Assembly: GCA_051294375.1 (NCBI GenBank)
Contig: CM119264.1
Coordinates: 8,472,268 to 8,536,267 of the forward strand
Direction of reading: 5' to 3'
Length of the DNA stretch: 64,000 bases
DNA from: Paraspadella gotoi
Taxonomy: Eukaryota; Animalia; Chaetognatha
This document shows positions 27,351 through 40,423 of this stretch, piece by piece. How positions within the stretch are numbered: the stretch's first letter is position 1; the number at the start of each line of letters is the position of its first letter. The translations under genes were made by a program, and so were the position numbers. A model generated the notes under the pieces. It was not told the origin of the DNA. It saw only the letters and a program-made list of their open reading frames with translations, and ran no database searches.

Positions 27351-28642
27351 CTCTTCTCTCTTTCGTTTCCTTTTCCAGCCCATCCAATCCGCTCCAGTTT
27401 CGCCCTGGTAAGAAAGCGTTAGTTGACATCCCACAAAATTCAACAGCCTCCATTTGATGGTTCCGAGCGAATTCCTCCGATGCCCCAGAAACAGAGAGAG
27501 AGAGAGACAGAGAGAAAAGAGAGAGAGAGAAAAGAGGAAAAGAAAGAAAAAAGACGTTTTTCTTTTTCCCCGTTATTGCCGCCTTAATTCTGTAAAAACT
27601 AGTTCCTCCGACAGTGGGGGTTTTTCAGGAATTCAAAGAAGAGGCAAGGCCGAAAAGATCCGGCCAAAAAAGATTTATCGTTTTCCCTTCCGTGCATTGC
27701 AAAACAGATACAATAATGATGGGGAAAAGGGAAAATTACCGTTACTTTTCATTATTTTTTCCCCTCAATTTTTTTCATATAAAAGATTTTGTTATTTGTT
27801 TTTCGTATCAAATAATTTGTTTGACTCGAAACTGGATTCAACGATGGCGACACTCATTTGATCGCTGCCTAATGTCCTGGATGTAGCTGAGTCTTGGGCC
27901 GTAAAAAACTTGGAAGTCTGGACAATGATGAAAGTGAAAAAACGAGGCGAAGAAACAAAATGGGGAAGAGTAACACCTCGAGCACAAAGAGCGCGAAAGC
28001 TAAAAGTGAAAAACGAGACAGAAGTCAGAGAGAGAGAACGACCAGAGCAGAGAGAGAGAACGCGACGAGAGAAGAGAGAGAGAGAAGAGAGATTCTCTAC
28101 AAACTCACGAAAAAAATCTTTATTGACCACTCCGTTTTTCTCTTGCGATTCTCTCACAATAAACAAACAGTCAGAAAATAACGAAATAATCGACCGTAAA
28201 TATAAAATAAATTCAAAAAAAAAAAAAAAAAATTACAAAACTTGCCGAAACCCAAAAGTACTACCGTAATTACTTCGAATCGCTTTCGTTCTTAAATCTC
28301 GTTCTTTATCTGGAATATATGTTTTTTTTTCTTATCTAACGTTGATCGTTGACAAATTTCTGTTTATTGTCAGGCGAAGAACTAAGGACGAAGAAAAGAG
28401 GGAGAGGAAAACATCGCGATTTCGTTCTTCTCTCTGTATCTCTCTCTTCTTCTCCTCTCTAATTTTCTCTCTTTTAGAGGAGAAGACGACGCAATCGACA
28501 AAAGAGAGAAGATTCTTTGGAAGAAAGAGGGGGACACAATCTCTGAAGAGAAGAAAAATCTTAAAATTAGAGAAAAGGAAAAAAAAAAACTAAGGCGAGA
28601 GAAGTTCTCTTCTTCTCTCTTCTCTCTCTCTCTCTCTTCTCG

Positions 28643-28674
<32 letters not shown>

Positions 28675-28691
28675 CTTCTCTCTCTCTCTCT

Positions 28692-28759
<68 letters not shown>

Positions 28760-31700
28760 AGGAGGATAAGGACGTCCACCCAACGACCACGACAAAAAGC
28801 CTCTCTTTCTCTCTCCTTCTCTCTCTTTTTCTTTTTCTCTTTTCTTCTTTCTCTCTCTTCTTTTTCTCTTTCTCTCCTTTCCTTCTGGTTTCCGTCGAAA
28901 GACGAAACCGCAACTAATCTTCCATCGGTGGACCGGCGAAAATAAAAAGGACCAAAAAAAAAAAAAAAGCAAAAAATCGGGCTTAACAAGAAGAAGAAAC
29001 GAGAAACGACGGTAACGGCGACGGTTATGAATTCATTGCGTCTCCGATCGCATCAAAGGATAACAACACAATTAACAACGATCACATTTCTTCTTCTCAA
29101 AATTTTCTTCGTGTGAAGGAAAAAAAGAAAAACTTTTAAAAACTTGAAAAAAAAGAAATACTACAAAGTTCCTTCCAATTTAAAACTGATTCGACCAAAT
29201 TCAGAAAAACGCGAATCGCCTCTATCTTCACGGAAACCCCACTGCGTTTATTTCCCTCACCCCAAATAAAAAGCGCCAAAAACTTTTAAAAATAATACGA
29301 CGAAGGAGTCAAAATAAAAGACGAAAAAGTTCTGTTAAAGAGGGCCGAAGGGGGAAAAAATAAAGTCGGCGAAAGGCGAAGCAGGAGGAGAAAGAAAAAA
29401 AAACGAAACGGCGAAGAAGCGAAGTAAAGGAAAGAAGAAAGCGAAGGAAAGGAAAAGAAGAAAAGAAGGAAAGGAAAGAAGAAAAGAAGGAAAGGAAAGA
29501 AGAAGCGAAGGAAAGGAAAGAAGAACGAAGGAAAGGAAAGAAGAAAAGAAGAAAAAAAGGGGGGGAAAAAAAGAAGAAAAGATGAAAAGTTCCGATGCGG
29601 ACTTCGCATTCACCTCATCCTTTGCGCTCCTCTTATCATTCCGTCGTCGAAGGACGATGGGCAACAAGCGAACCAGTGAGATTGTAGGTGATGCGAAAGA
29701 GGAAAGGTGGAGGCGAGGGAGGGACGGTTGGGAGTGGTCAGGGGGGATTGAAGTGGGAGAGTGGGGGAAAAGCAGGGAGGGGGATGGGTAAGAAAGTCTC
29801 GACTTCCCTGTGGCGGAATCCTAACTTTGCCTTTCCTCCGTATTAGTTTGGGTAAAACTCAGCTCGTCCCATGGGCTAAGTGCTCGGTTTACCAACAGTG
29901 AGTTCCAGGCTCAAATCCCCTCACGGTCACGCTTGGTTAAGTGTGAAAGGTGTCAACATAAACACGCCTTGTGACATGGGTGTCACTGCAGGTCCGAAAA
30001 CCCTGAGATCCAGCCTGTCGAGAGATGCCCCACACCCCGGGCTTTCATTACATGTCTCCCTGTTACCAAACCTCTCATTAGAAAGAAATAGACGGTCACA
30101 TTAAGAATAGCTTTAATGCCTCTCGACAGTAAGAACGAATATCTAAATATAAACATATAATTTAAAACCAAAAACTAGAAAATAAAAAAAATGTAGTATT
30201 ATTGTATTATTAAGTAAAGGTGTAGTTTCTGGTGTTAATAGGTATGGATTGAAATAGAATCTGTTAAGTAAGCGGAAGGTAATTTCATCAAAGCCGTGAA
30301 AATAACGAGACAAGTTCAAACGGGACGTCGGCGAAGGCGAGTTCGAATTTGGGCCGAAAACCCGAAAAACCAATAAATGCGTTAATTAAAATCTTTTTGA
30401 GCCGCTAATTTATTTTTTTATTTCGGTCGTGGGGGGGGGGGCGAGAAAAAGCGATAATCGGAGAGGAAGAATTTTTGACCCAAACTCAATCGAAGCGTGA
30501 AAATTAGCATATCCATTTCTCTTTTTTTAATCATTAAACATTTTTTTGTATTTTAATTAATTATTTTTGGTTTTTGATAATCTTGATAGATTCTCAATTG
30601 ATAACGTTCCTTGTTATCATTTAATAACGATTTAATTTTTTTTATTTTGACCGGCGGCCATCTTTTTAAACTAAATGTCGCGAGAATTTTTTCGATCTCT
30701 TTTCTTTAATTTCTTTTTTTACTTTCTCTTCCTCCCCTGACCCCTTTTCTTTTCTCAACCTCCCTCCCTCCCTCCCTCCCTACTCCCGGTCCCTTCCTCC
30801 CTACTTCCTCCCTACTCCCTCCCTCCCATTTTCCCTTTTGTTTTCTACTAATTATTTTTCCTTCCCGCTTCTCATCCTTGGGTTTCAGTCACCGAACGAA
30901 CAAAAGCTTCTGTTGTCCTCTTTTAATCACGATTTTTGTCCCTCAAACTCTTTAAAAATCCAATTAAACCTCATTTCCAATTGATTTACGTCCGGATTCC
31001 GTATCCACCTCTCTTTTTCATCTCTCTTCGTTTTTTTTTCTATCTTTTTTTTCTATATCCTATCTTTCGGTTCTTTCTTTCTTTCCTTTTCTTTCTGTTC
31101 TTTCTTTCTTTCTTTCTTTCTTCTTTCTTTATTTTTTTTCGGTTCGCGACATGTCCTATAGTTTTTGATGTTTCGCCTTTTGTTTCTTTTCTTTTATAAA
31201 TATTTTTGACTTAAAAAGTCGAGAAACTATTCTTCTATCTTTCTTATTGTTCGTTGTCGTCAGTCTGTCTTTCATTCTTCTTTCTTCTTTCTTTTTCTCT
31301 TTCTTCTTTCTTTCTTTCTTTATCTTTCTTTTGTTTTTTGTTCTCTTTTCTCTTTTACTCTCACGTCGTTTCTTTTTCGAGATTTTCCCTCTCACCTTAA
31401 TTCTCCGCTCGCGTCGGAATTCCGGATTGCCCTTTTGTCGAAAGAGCGGGAAGCCTTTGACTCGGCGACGATGGCGCTCGAGGCGGACCCTCATCCAAAC
31501 TTAATGTGAGAATCATTGTTCCCTTTTGGTTCCGAAAGATGGAGGTTTAAAATTTTCATTTTCAGCAGAGAAGGAAGGAGTAAAAAAAAAATTTGGGGAA
31601 GGAACGAGAAAGAAAGAGAAGAAAAAAGAAAGAAGAAAGAAAGAAAGAAGGAAAGAAGGAAAGAAGGAAAGAAGGAAAGAAAGAAAGAAAGAAGAAAGAA

Positions 31701-31890
31701 AGAAGGAAAGAAAGAAAGAAGGAAAGAAAGATAAGAAAAGAAACGAAAGACAAGAGCCGTACATAAAGACAGAAACGTTCGACGGGAGAGAATGGAAAGG
31801 AAGTCGAAACGAGGGAAGAGAGGAAAGAGAGGGAGGAATGAAGAACAAAAAAAAACGAATGGGAGAGAGACGAAGAAAAAAAAAAGCGAA
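25430..31890 (+). repeat. Direct, indel-rich duplicate of 17680-24030
   Basis: Colinear shared unique sequence, e.g. GATATCCCGTAATGGTTCACC at ~17710 and ~25453, and CTCAGCTCGTCCCATGGGCTAAGTGCTCG at ~22031 and ~29858. It also supplies sequence for the N gaps of the first copy. Differences are mainly homopolymer or 1-nt indels. Confidence 0.92.
29582..29676 (+). other. Frameshifted copy of the signal-peptide exon inside the duplicated block (probable assembly artefact)
   Basis: Same sequence as 21771-21860 with several 1-2 nt indels. An identical mirror copy lies at 42797-42891 on the - strand. Confidence 0.8.
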
Positions 31891-32049
31891 AAATCTAAAA
31901 TTAGTTCTCTCAATGATAAATTCTATTGAAGCTATTTTCCTCCGTGAATTACCTTTTTCTTCAGTATTTTTTTTTTGCGTCAATTAGCTGGAATTTTGAC
32001 TTACCTACACGACAGAAGGTCGTTGTGAAGTTTGAGAAGTGTTATATCT

Positions 32050-32118
<69 letters not shown>

Positions 32119-32139
32119 TCTCTCTCTCTTCTCTCTCCT

Positions 32140-32520
32140 TTTTCTTTTTTTTTTCGCTTCTATCTTAAGATTATTCTTCTTCTCTTTTCTTTTTTAGCTT
32201 CTATCTTAAGATTATTCTTCTTTTTTTTATTTTTTAGCTTCTATCTTATTCTTTTTTAGCATCCTACTCCTCATTTTCGTTTTTTACTTTATTGTCTAAC
32301 GCAACTTCTTCCTTTTTTCTTTTCCTTTTCGTCTTTCTGTTCTTTTTTCTTCTTTTTTTTTCGGTCGCGACGTTTCCTCTGTTTTGATGTTTCGCTTTGT
32401 TTCTTTTCTTTCATAAGTATTTTTGACTGATTTTGATTCTGAGAAACTATTCTCTATTTTCTTTCTTTCTTTCTTTTGATTTTTTTCCCCCTTTTACTTT
32501 TCATCCTTTTTTTAGCTTCG
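32140..32520 (+). repeat. Direct duplicate of ~47235-47625, starting with 3-4 copies of a ~40-bp unit containing GCTTCTATCTTAAGATTATTCTTC
   Basis: Colinear match visible by eye, with indel differences. Confidence 0.85.
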
Positions 32521-32711
32521 ACCTTTTTTGGTTCTCTTTCTTCTCTCTCTCTCTCTACTCTTCATCTCTCCTCTCTTCATCTCTTCTTCTCTCTCATCTC
32601 ATCTCGTCTCTCATCCATCTCTTTCTTAATTCTTACATCTCATCTACATCTCCTTCTACTCACTTCTCTCTCTCTCTTTCTCTCCTCTCTTCTCTCTCTC
32701 TTCTCTCTCTC

Positions 32712-32743
<32 letters not shown>

Positions 32744-32765
32744 CTCTTCTTCTCTCTCTCTCTCT

Positions 32766-35700
32766 CTTCATTTTTTCTTAATACTACAAACCTACGGACG
32801 TTATTTTCCAATTAATTTAGAACGCCAAAGATGCAACTAAATTTTCTCCCGTGAACTTCATTATTTGCAGGAGAAAATACCTACGCAAGTTCCGGCGTGT
32901 TTTTTTTCCTTGAGCCTTCATCGAGTTTTTTCTAAGTAAGCTCTTTGTAGTCCATGATTATATCAATGTCGAGAAATTCCTTACTTTCGGAAAAAAAAAT
33001 ACAGTATTTGCTAAGCTGATATATTACTTTCTTTTCTATTTTTTTCTCTTCTTTTTGATTTTCATTTATTTGTTTTTTGGAAGATTTTAAAATATTATAA
33101 ATCTTCACTGCTTTTGCACTTAGTTCTGCGGTGGGCAAATAGCACTCTGGTTTTGACATTATTCATGGAGAACCCTGACCCGAAGAACTCTTGTAGAAAG
33201 CGAGCTTGCAAACATGGTTGTAGTTACGCCATTAAAACTTTGTGGCATTATTATTTCTTCCAGTTCCTCCTTATATTCTTTTATTATTTGTGCTCTGTGT
33301 CCTACACCGTCTCTCTACTCTCTACTCTCGTCTCTCTCTCTCTCCGAGACGCGCTCTCTGCTCTCTCGTATCGTAGCTGCTATAAGTCATCTCTCTTCTC
33401 TCTTCTCGATCTCTCTCTCATACTCTCTCTCAGCGATCGAACTCCTTGACCGGCGCGAGTTGATTCCGCCTACTGTTTGCTAGGCTAATCTGCCTCAGCC
33501 AGAGAGAGAAAAGAAAAGGAGCGAAGGAAATAGTCTGAGAAGTCTTGAGTGACGAGAGAGAGCTATGGAGAAATTAATACTGTCGATTCTCCTGCTTCTG
33601 TAATTTCTGAATAATAATATATGAGTATCGCAGGACTCTCAAACTTTTTGTTTATTTTTAGATAAGTGATGCCAGGGGCGATAACGCAATCCCACTGTCA
33701 TTCAGTGACCAAGTCAAGCTGAAGTTGGTTAATTCCAACCACTGTTGGAGTGTAGTTTTGATTAAGGATATATATTTTTATGTTGAGAACGTGCTGTCAA
33801 GTTTTATTGTTATATCTTTGATATTAGTTAAAATATATGAATTGTGCTGTTAATGGTTATAAATTAACTTTTAGATGATAAAAAGTAAAAATAGATATTT
33901 GTTGGTGGGTGTTATTATTTTTCAGACACAACTTTTCGTAAACATAAACTAGCATAACCTAATCGGATTGATAAAATAGTTGATTGTTAGTTAACTCTAA
34001 ATGTGCTTCAACACATTGTCTGGGTTTTCATACGACCTTTGTCTCAAATCAGGAAAGGAGGAAAGAGGAAATGAAATGGGAGAAAGGTGGGGGCGGTAGG
34101 AGAGGGTGAAGTCGTGTCGAGGCGGTTAAATGGAACGTTGATTCGATATAAGCCGGCAACGAACGACGACGACAACGACGACGACATTAGCATAGAACGA
34201 CAGAGGGTGATTTATAGGTTGTTCATGTTTGAGAGATGGAAATGCGCCGGATTTTCGATTTAGTGAGTTAACGATGATTGGACAGAAACAGGGCCCGAGT
34301 ATGCGCGGATTCTGACCCGTTCGAACCATAGGGTGAGGTGGCTTTGCTGCGATGTTGAACGGCTACACCACTATACGTCCCTCTCAGGCAGCATTTATCG
34401 CAGATAGAGAATTAAAAAACTCAATTTAATTTTGATACCCGAAGGCATAAAATTCTAAGTATTATTTCAAAGATGGCGTTAATAACTAAGGGGATAAATA
34501 GATAAGCTTAATTTATTAAACTGATGTGATAATATCTTATATGGGTTTTGTACCAAATTTCATTTACAATTTGCCCAATTGCCAATTTCACATTATTCCA
34601 AACAGAATGAAATTTTTAAAGCTTCTTAGCCGAGTAATTTCAATTCATCTTTTGTTTAATGTTCTTTTTATAATTTTAAACTGTGGAACCATTGCCAGAG
34701 AGGGATGCAAAGGAAAAGTGTAGACGCTCGATGCATCTCGGAAACAAGCGGAAAGTGGTTAACGATAAGCTTAAGGCGAGACGTACGGAGTCCATTCGTG
34801 TCCGATATTCATGGGCAGTTCAAACTGTCTCCGTTCTCGTGCGAATACACGCAATCATTTCGTTCCGCCTCACGAGTCGCTTCATCGCGCCGCCCTCGAA
34901 GTTGCATGGTAACACTTAAAAGCCTGTCGCCAATTTATGGCTTGGACCACTCGATTTACATTCGAGATAACAGTCGTCGCCACCCAACTTGTTGCAATTG
35001 GCCGGGCGAGACCACTACCACTACTCGCACGATGCTTCAATGCGGCAGTTGCATCAGTCACCGCTCCAGTTCGGCGCAATCAATTAGGATTTTCTCCGCC
35101 GACGAACAACGATGACTTCGAGAAGTGGAGAAAGGAAGCTTATGGCGGACCGATGGGCGGCGCGGGCGGCGAGGGCGGCGCCAACTGTTCGTCTGCGGCG
35201 CGAATCCGGAACGGACGTTGTGTAGATGCGGGTGACGGCAGGTGAGATACGATTGACGGAGGCAGCTGAGATGACAGATGGGCGGAGTAGATCGGTGACT
35301 GGGTGGCGAGAAGACTGTCGGACGGGAACTGAGATGACGTAGAGAAGTGTGCTAGGAGTAAGGGCTCGTCGGTTCATTCGAGAGAAATCGCTAAGAACGG
35401 TGTGAACATGAGTTTGTTCTAGCGTTAAAGAGATAAGCATGTTAGAGAGATCTGACATCATCTGATTATGGATCCCGCGAGAAACTATGAACCTATAGTC
35501 TCAGATTTGTTAGCCGCGTTTTTATAGAAGCACTATTTAGGGCAAGGACTTATTTCAGAATATGTCTTTCCCAACTGACATATAAAGTACTATGGGTGTG
35601 AAAAAATACATAATCTCCAAAATAGGATTCAAATGTAATGGTAGTATTTTGGAATATCTTTTTTAATTTGATTCACGATAATAAGTCCTCTTTTTCATTG

Positions 35701-36926
35701 AATCAACCGTAAAAATTTTTTTTTCTCATAGTGTCATTCACTAGCGATAAACCTTGTCTGTTATCCAAGCCCACCTAAAAAAAATAAAGCCCGTATGCTT
35801 ATTTCTCACCTAATATAATTTATATTTTTTCCTTTCTCTTTTTATCTCTACATTGTCGTCATATTTTTGATTTGCCACCGACCAATGAGGCTCCCGAAAT
35901 CAAAAGTTCTATTTACATGCCACCACTCGGGCTCCCCCTAGTTCCTCGAAATACCCCTCCATTACTCCTTTTATTCCCCTGATATCACTTCTTCTCCTCC
36001 GCGATTCGCTCCCACGAGCGAAAGTGTTTTTTTCCTTAATCCTTTTATCAAACTTCTTCCTATACATCATCCAGTTGCTCATTCGCCTACCCATTTTATT
36101 TTTATTCTATATTCCTACCTCGAGGGTTTCTCACCTCGACTTCCTGCTGTAAAAAGTGAGCGGGCCCTGCCGAACGCATCTTTCCTTTAATTCCTTAAAC
36201 CACGTCTCACTACCTCCCTCCGCCTATACCGCCTCCTTCGCTTCCCTACTCTATCCCCCCCCCCAGGGAAACTTTTTCCGCGAGCCTTATAAGTATGTAG
36301 GGGGGTGACCGGAAAATGTCACACAAATCTATAGTAGTAGGCTGTCAACAAAAGACTCAAAAGACGTGTAGCCAGATAGAAAAACAATAAATCATTCGGA
36401 ATGTGAGGAAAAGTTTCATTGAAAATAATCAATCAACATTATAGGAAGACTTACTTCTACTCCCGTCTCTCCTCTAGTTAATATTTTTTATCTTGCTTAT
36501 GTTTATTACTCGATGGTGAATTTTCTTTCTATTTAACAATTATTTTGTATTTATTTTTTTAATTGTCTTTAGTCTTTCACAAAATCGGAAACAGACAATT
36601 GTTTCTCTTTTTGCCTAACTAGTTTTATTTTACGAGATGTTTCTTGTTTCTAAATTTCGTTTTCATGAAAAGTTTGGTATCAATATGCGTTTATTTCATT
36701 GTCTAAGTTGCAACAGATTGAAGGAGAAAAAAAATTCGCTCTCTCTCTCTCTGTCTTCGGCTGAATCAACGTTGTACAGTCTTTAAATTTGTTCTTTCGT
36801 CATTCAGATGTTCTGAAACCTCGCATTTCACAATACTAACAAGGAATCTCTATTTTTCAAAAACTGTCCCTTGGCCTCTCCTCATCCTGTAAATCTCTCT
36901 CTTACTCTCTCTCCTCGTCTCTCTCG

Positions 36927-36958
<32 letters not shown>

Positions 36959-39890
36959 ATCTCGTCTCTCTCTCTCTCTCCTCTCTCTGCTCTCTCTCCT
37001 TCTTCATCTCACTTCTTACACATACTTCATAATTATACTTATGGTGACGCGCATCCGCTATAAGTTCTGTGGTTCGTGCTTAACTTTGTTTTTCCTCGAA
37101 GCAATTCATCGTAAATGGAAACTTCGATTGTTGAATGAAACAATAAAGTACGTGACACAAGCTGTATTATAAAAGTATGTATTATTTATCTGTCGTTAAA
37201 AAACGTATCGATGTTTAGTAAACGATCATTGTTCGAAGTGTAACTTTTATAAAAAAATGTATGCAAAAAGATACTTGCTGGCTCTTCTCTCTGCTAGTGC
37301 TCTTTCGTCTCTCTCATCTCTCTCTTCTCTCTCGTCTCTCTCTCTACTCTCTCTCTCTCATCTCTCCTCTCCTCTCGTCAGTCTCACGTCTTTTGTCATT
37401 TTTTTCCTTCACAGTCAACACCTGTTGCCTTAAGTTCTCCTGACTGTTCATTGCCAGATTTGTTACGGATATAGATTTCGAGTGATTTCGGAACCCATAT
37501 TTTCGGACTGCTCTATTATAAGAAAAGAAAAAATTACAATGCACCTATAATAGTTTTGAAACCAAGATGTTGGTTTAATTTGGTCCAATTCCTAACTAAT
37601 ATTAAACCTTTAGCCTGCGTGTCCGTCATGTTTTTCATCTGCTATTTTAAAAACGATAAGTCTAAAGATTTGATTTTTTACTCACGCTTTTTTATTTCAC
37701 ATAACTTTTCATTGTTTTCTGTTTTTTTTTTTTTTTTTTTTAATTTATTTTTAACGGCTGCTCGTCTCTTTAATTCAATAAATTGGTGAATTCCCTTCAC
37801 ATTAAAATAAATGTTTCTTCTACCTTCTTTATTTTTTTCACCTAAATTGTAATCTAAATACTTCTTCCTTCTACATTCCCTCATGTTTAAAACGTATATC
37901 TTTTTTTTACTTTAAAATCTTGAATTGCTCCGGATTTTTTTCTTTTTATAAAACATATTTTTTTGATCACACCTCATATCTCCAAAGATCTTTTTTGGTT
38001 TTTTTTTTTTTTTCACTCAATCTTATAATATTTCTTTCACCATAAGATCTTTCATCAATATTTTTTTTTTCTTTATCCTGATGTTTTCTTTCTCCACCCA
38101 ATTTGACCTCGAGGATATTTAGATCTCTTTCGTGCTCTTTATCATCAACTCATCATTTTCCGCATTCGGCGAGGCGGTGTGTGATCGGACATGGTATGAC
38201 CTCTCGAGTGCGTGGAGATCTTAAGAAACTAAATTACTACACTTTCACATTCTATTCTTCATGTTGGACATATTTGCCAAACGATTTTTAATTACTCCTT
38301 CATTAATTAGATTCTATCCCAATATTTTTGTTAAAAAGTTGTAACATAAATATTTAATGTTTAAATTAGTAATTTAGTTTGTAATTAAATATCATGCTTT
38401 CCCCCTCAGCCCTTAAAAATGACATTATGACCGCTCTCTGCATGAAGAAAATATTGGTTTGGCTTTTTTCTTTCCGAAAGCGGCCCATCGGGTAGACCAC
38501 TTAGTGATCTATGTTCAATAGGGTACAAACTGTGCCTTATTTGATCCTGCCTGCTCGTGCTTCCCGAGAGAGTTTGGCTACTTAATGGTCATAGCAAGCA
38601 CACCCTCGGGGATCTGCGATGCCCTTGCTTAAAACGAACGATCTACCCAAGCCTCACTCAGTTCATTTGCCGCTATGGTTGTGTTCTCTCTGTGACTTCT
38701 CTTTGATCTGCTTGCTTGCAATTCTTCCTCAACCTGCTTGTTAGAAAAAAGGAAATCTCTACCCCCGTACGTTCACTTCCTGGCTCCAAGTGTACTACAT
38801 ACTCCTTTCTCCAAGTGGATTATTTATGCTCCTCTTATCCTCCTCCATCTTCAGACTTCTCTCAATATGCTCTTCCACTCTCTTGCGACGCCATATCAAG
38901 TGTGCCTTCCTCTTCCTTCTCCTCGGCTCTGATCAACGATATCTCTATCCTCGATGACATCATTCACACTCTCTCTCCTCTCTCTCCTGCACTCTAGTCC
39001 ATACTCCTCCGCCTCTCACTTTCTGTCTCTACGTCTAACACACCTCCTCCTCTTGTCCTATTCTCTCGTGACTCTCATCATACCTCTTACTTGCTGTACG
39101 TGTGTGCTTCCTTCCTGCGCTGTCGACCTTTCTGCGTTATTTTCCGAGTCGTCCTGATCAACCTTTGCGTGATGCGTCCTCTCCTGTCGCTCGTATCTCG
39201 GCACTCTAGTGGTTTCATAATCCGTAAAACAACCGGATCCCGCCTCGGTTTAAAAGATAAAGAAAAGGGAAGTGAAGAATGAGGAGTGAATGTGTAAAGA
39301 AACTATTGACAGAACGAGACTACACCGTAACTATCTCAAAAAAAAAGCTCCCCTATTTGATCGATTGGAGCAGCGCTTTAACTCCTGTCTCGTCTCATTT
39401 TCATTCGTAATTTTTGATCAAGTTTACTTATTTTTTAAGATTATAATCATTCATAAAGATTGTTTTGCTTCATTGCTCTTATTTATCGTTTGACAGACTG
39501 ACGATCGCTGAACGACATAAAGAGAGAGATTAATGGAGAAAAAAAATAGAGGACAATTTTGAGTCCGATCGCCAAAAATTAGTTTGAATTCAATGACCGG
39601 TATATCGTGCCATGGTGGAAAAAAAAATGGTAAGCGTTTAGGTGACCTCTCCGAAAAGTGCAACTGGTCTCAGTGGTGTGAAAAAAAAACCTTTTTTGGG
39701 AGATAACCAAAGTATAAAAATGGAATTATCATAACGAGAGAATTACAAATGTATTATTTTAAAGATAGCAAAAAATTGTTTTATGTGTTCGCCGTTCTCG
39801 GATTGGGAGTTTAAGAAGATTGATTCGATAGGGAAGCAGCCGAAGGATTGTTTCACTTATTAAAAGTTAGAGGTTAGTGAAACATGATGG
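32766..39890 (-). repeat. Very noisy, insertion-rich inverted copy of ~51240-56720
   Basis: Colinear reverse-complement anchors: 32770-32870 vs 56640-56720; ACACTTAAAAGCCTGTCGCCA at ~34912 vs ~55120-55140; ATCATCAACTCATCATTTTCCGCATTCGGCGAGG at ~38141 vs ~52465-52498; TTTTGCTTCATTGC at ~39463 vs ~51623-51636. Confidence 0.9.
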
Positions 39891-40334
39891 ATCCAGGGAA
39901 GAAGGACGAGAGAGGAAATGTAACCGTGAAGAGCATTATGGAGATGGAGAGCGGCTACGGGAAGGAAATCCCTGAGTATATTGGGGGAAGCAGAGGACCA
40001 GAAGCATCAAAGACGCATGAATTCATCAACATCGGTTCTCGCGGCTCAAGGAAGCCTTTATATTTTGGGGTTTCTTTTCGCCTTTCAATAGCTGGTTGGT
40101 TCCATTTCCTCAGAAAATATAATGGACTCTCCTTTCGAGGATTTTAGGCGATGTGTCTTGGAATCTTTCTAAAAACCAGCACTTCTGTGCGCTAACCTTC
40201 GTCTGAGAGGAGATGACCAAAAGAAATTAATGATGTTACCGGGGTTAGGATCAATCATATTGGAAGGACACTGATTAGGAGAACAATAAAGCACATAGAG
40301 AAACATCGANNNNNNNNNNNNNNNNNNNNNNNNN

Positions 40335-40354
40335 GGAGAGAGAAGAGAGAGAGA

Positions 40355-40423
<69 letters not shown>

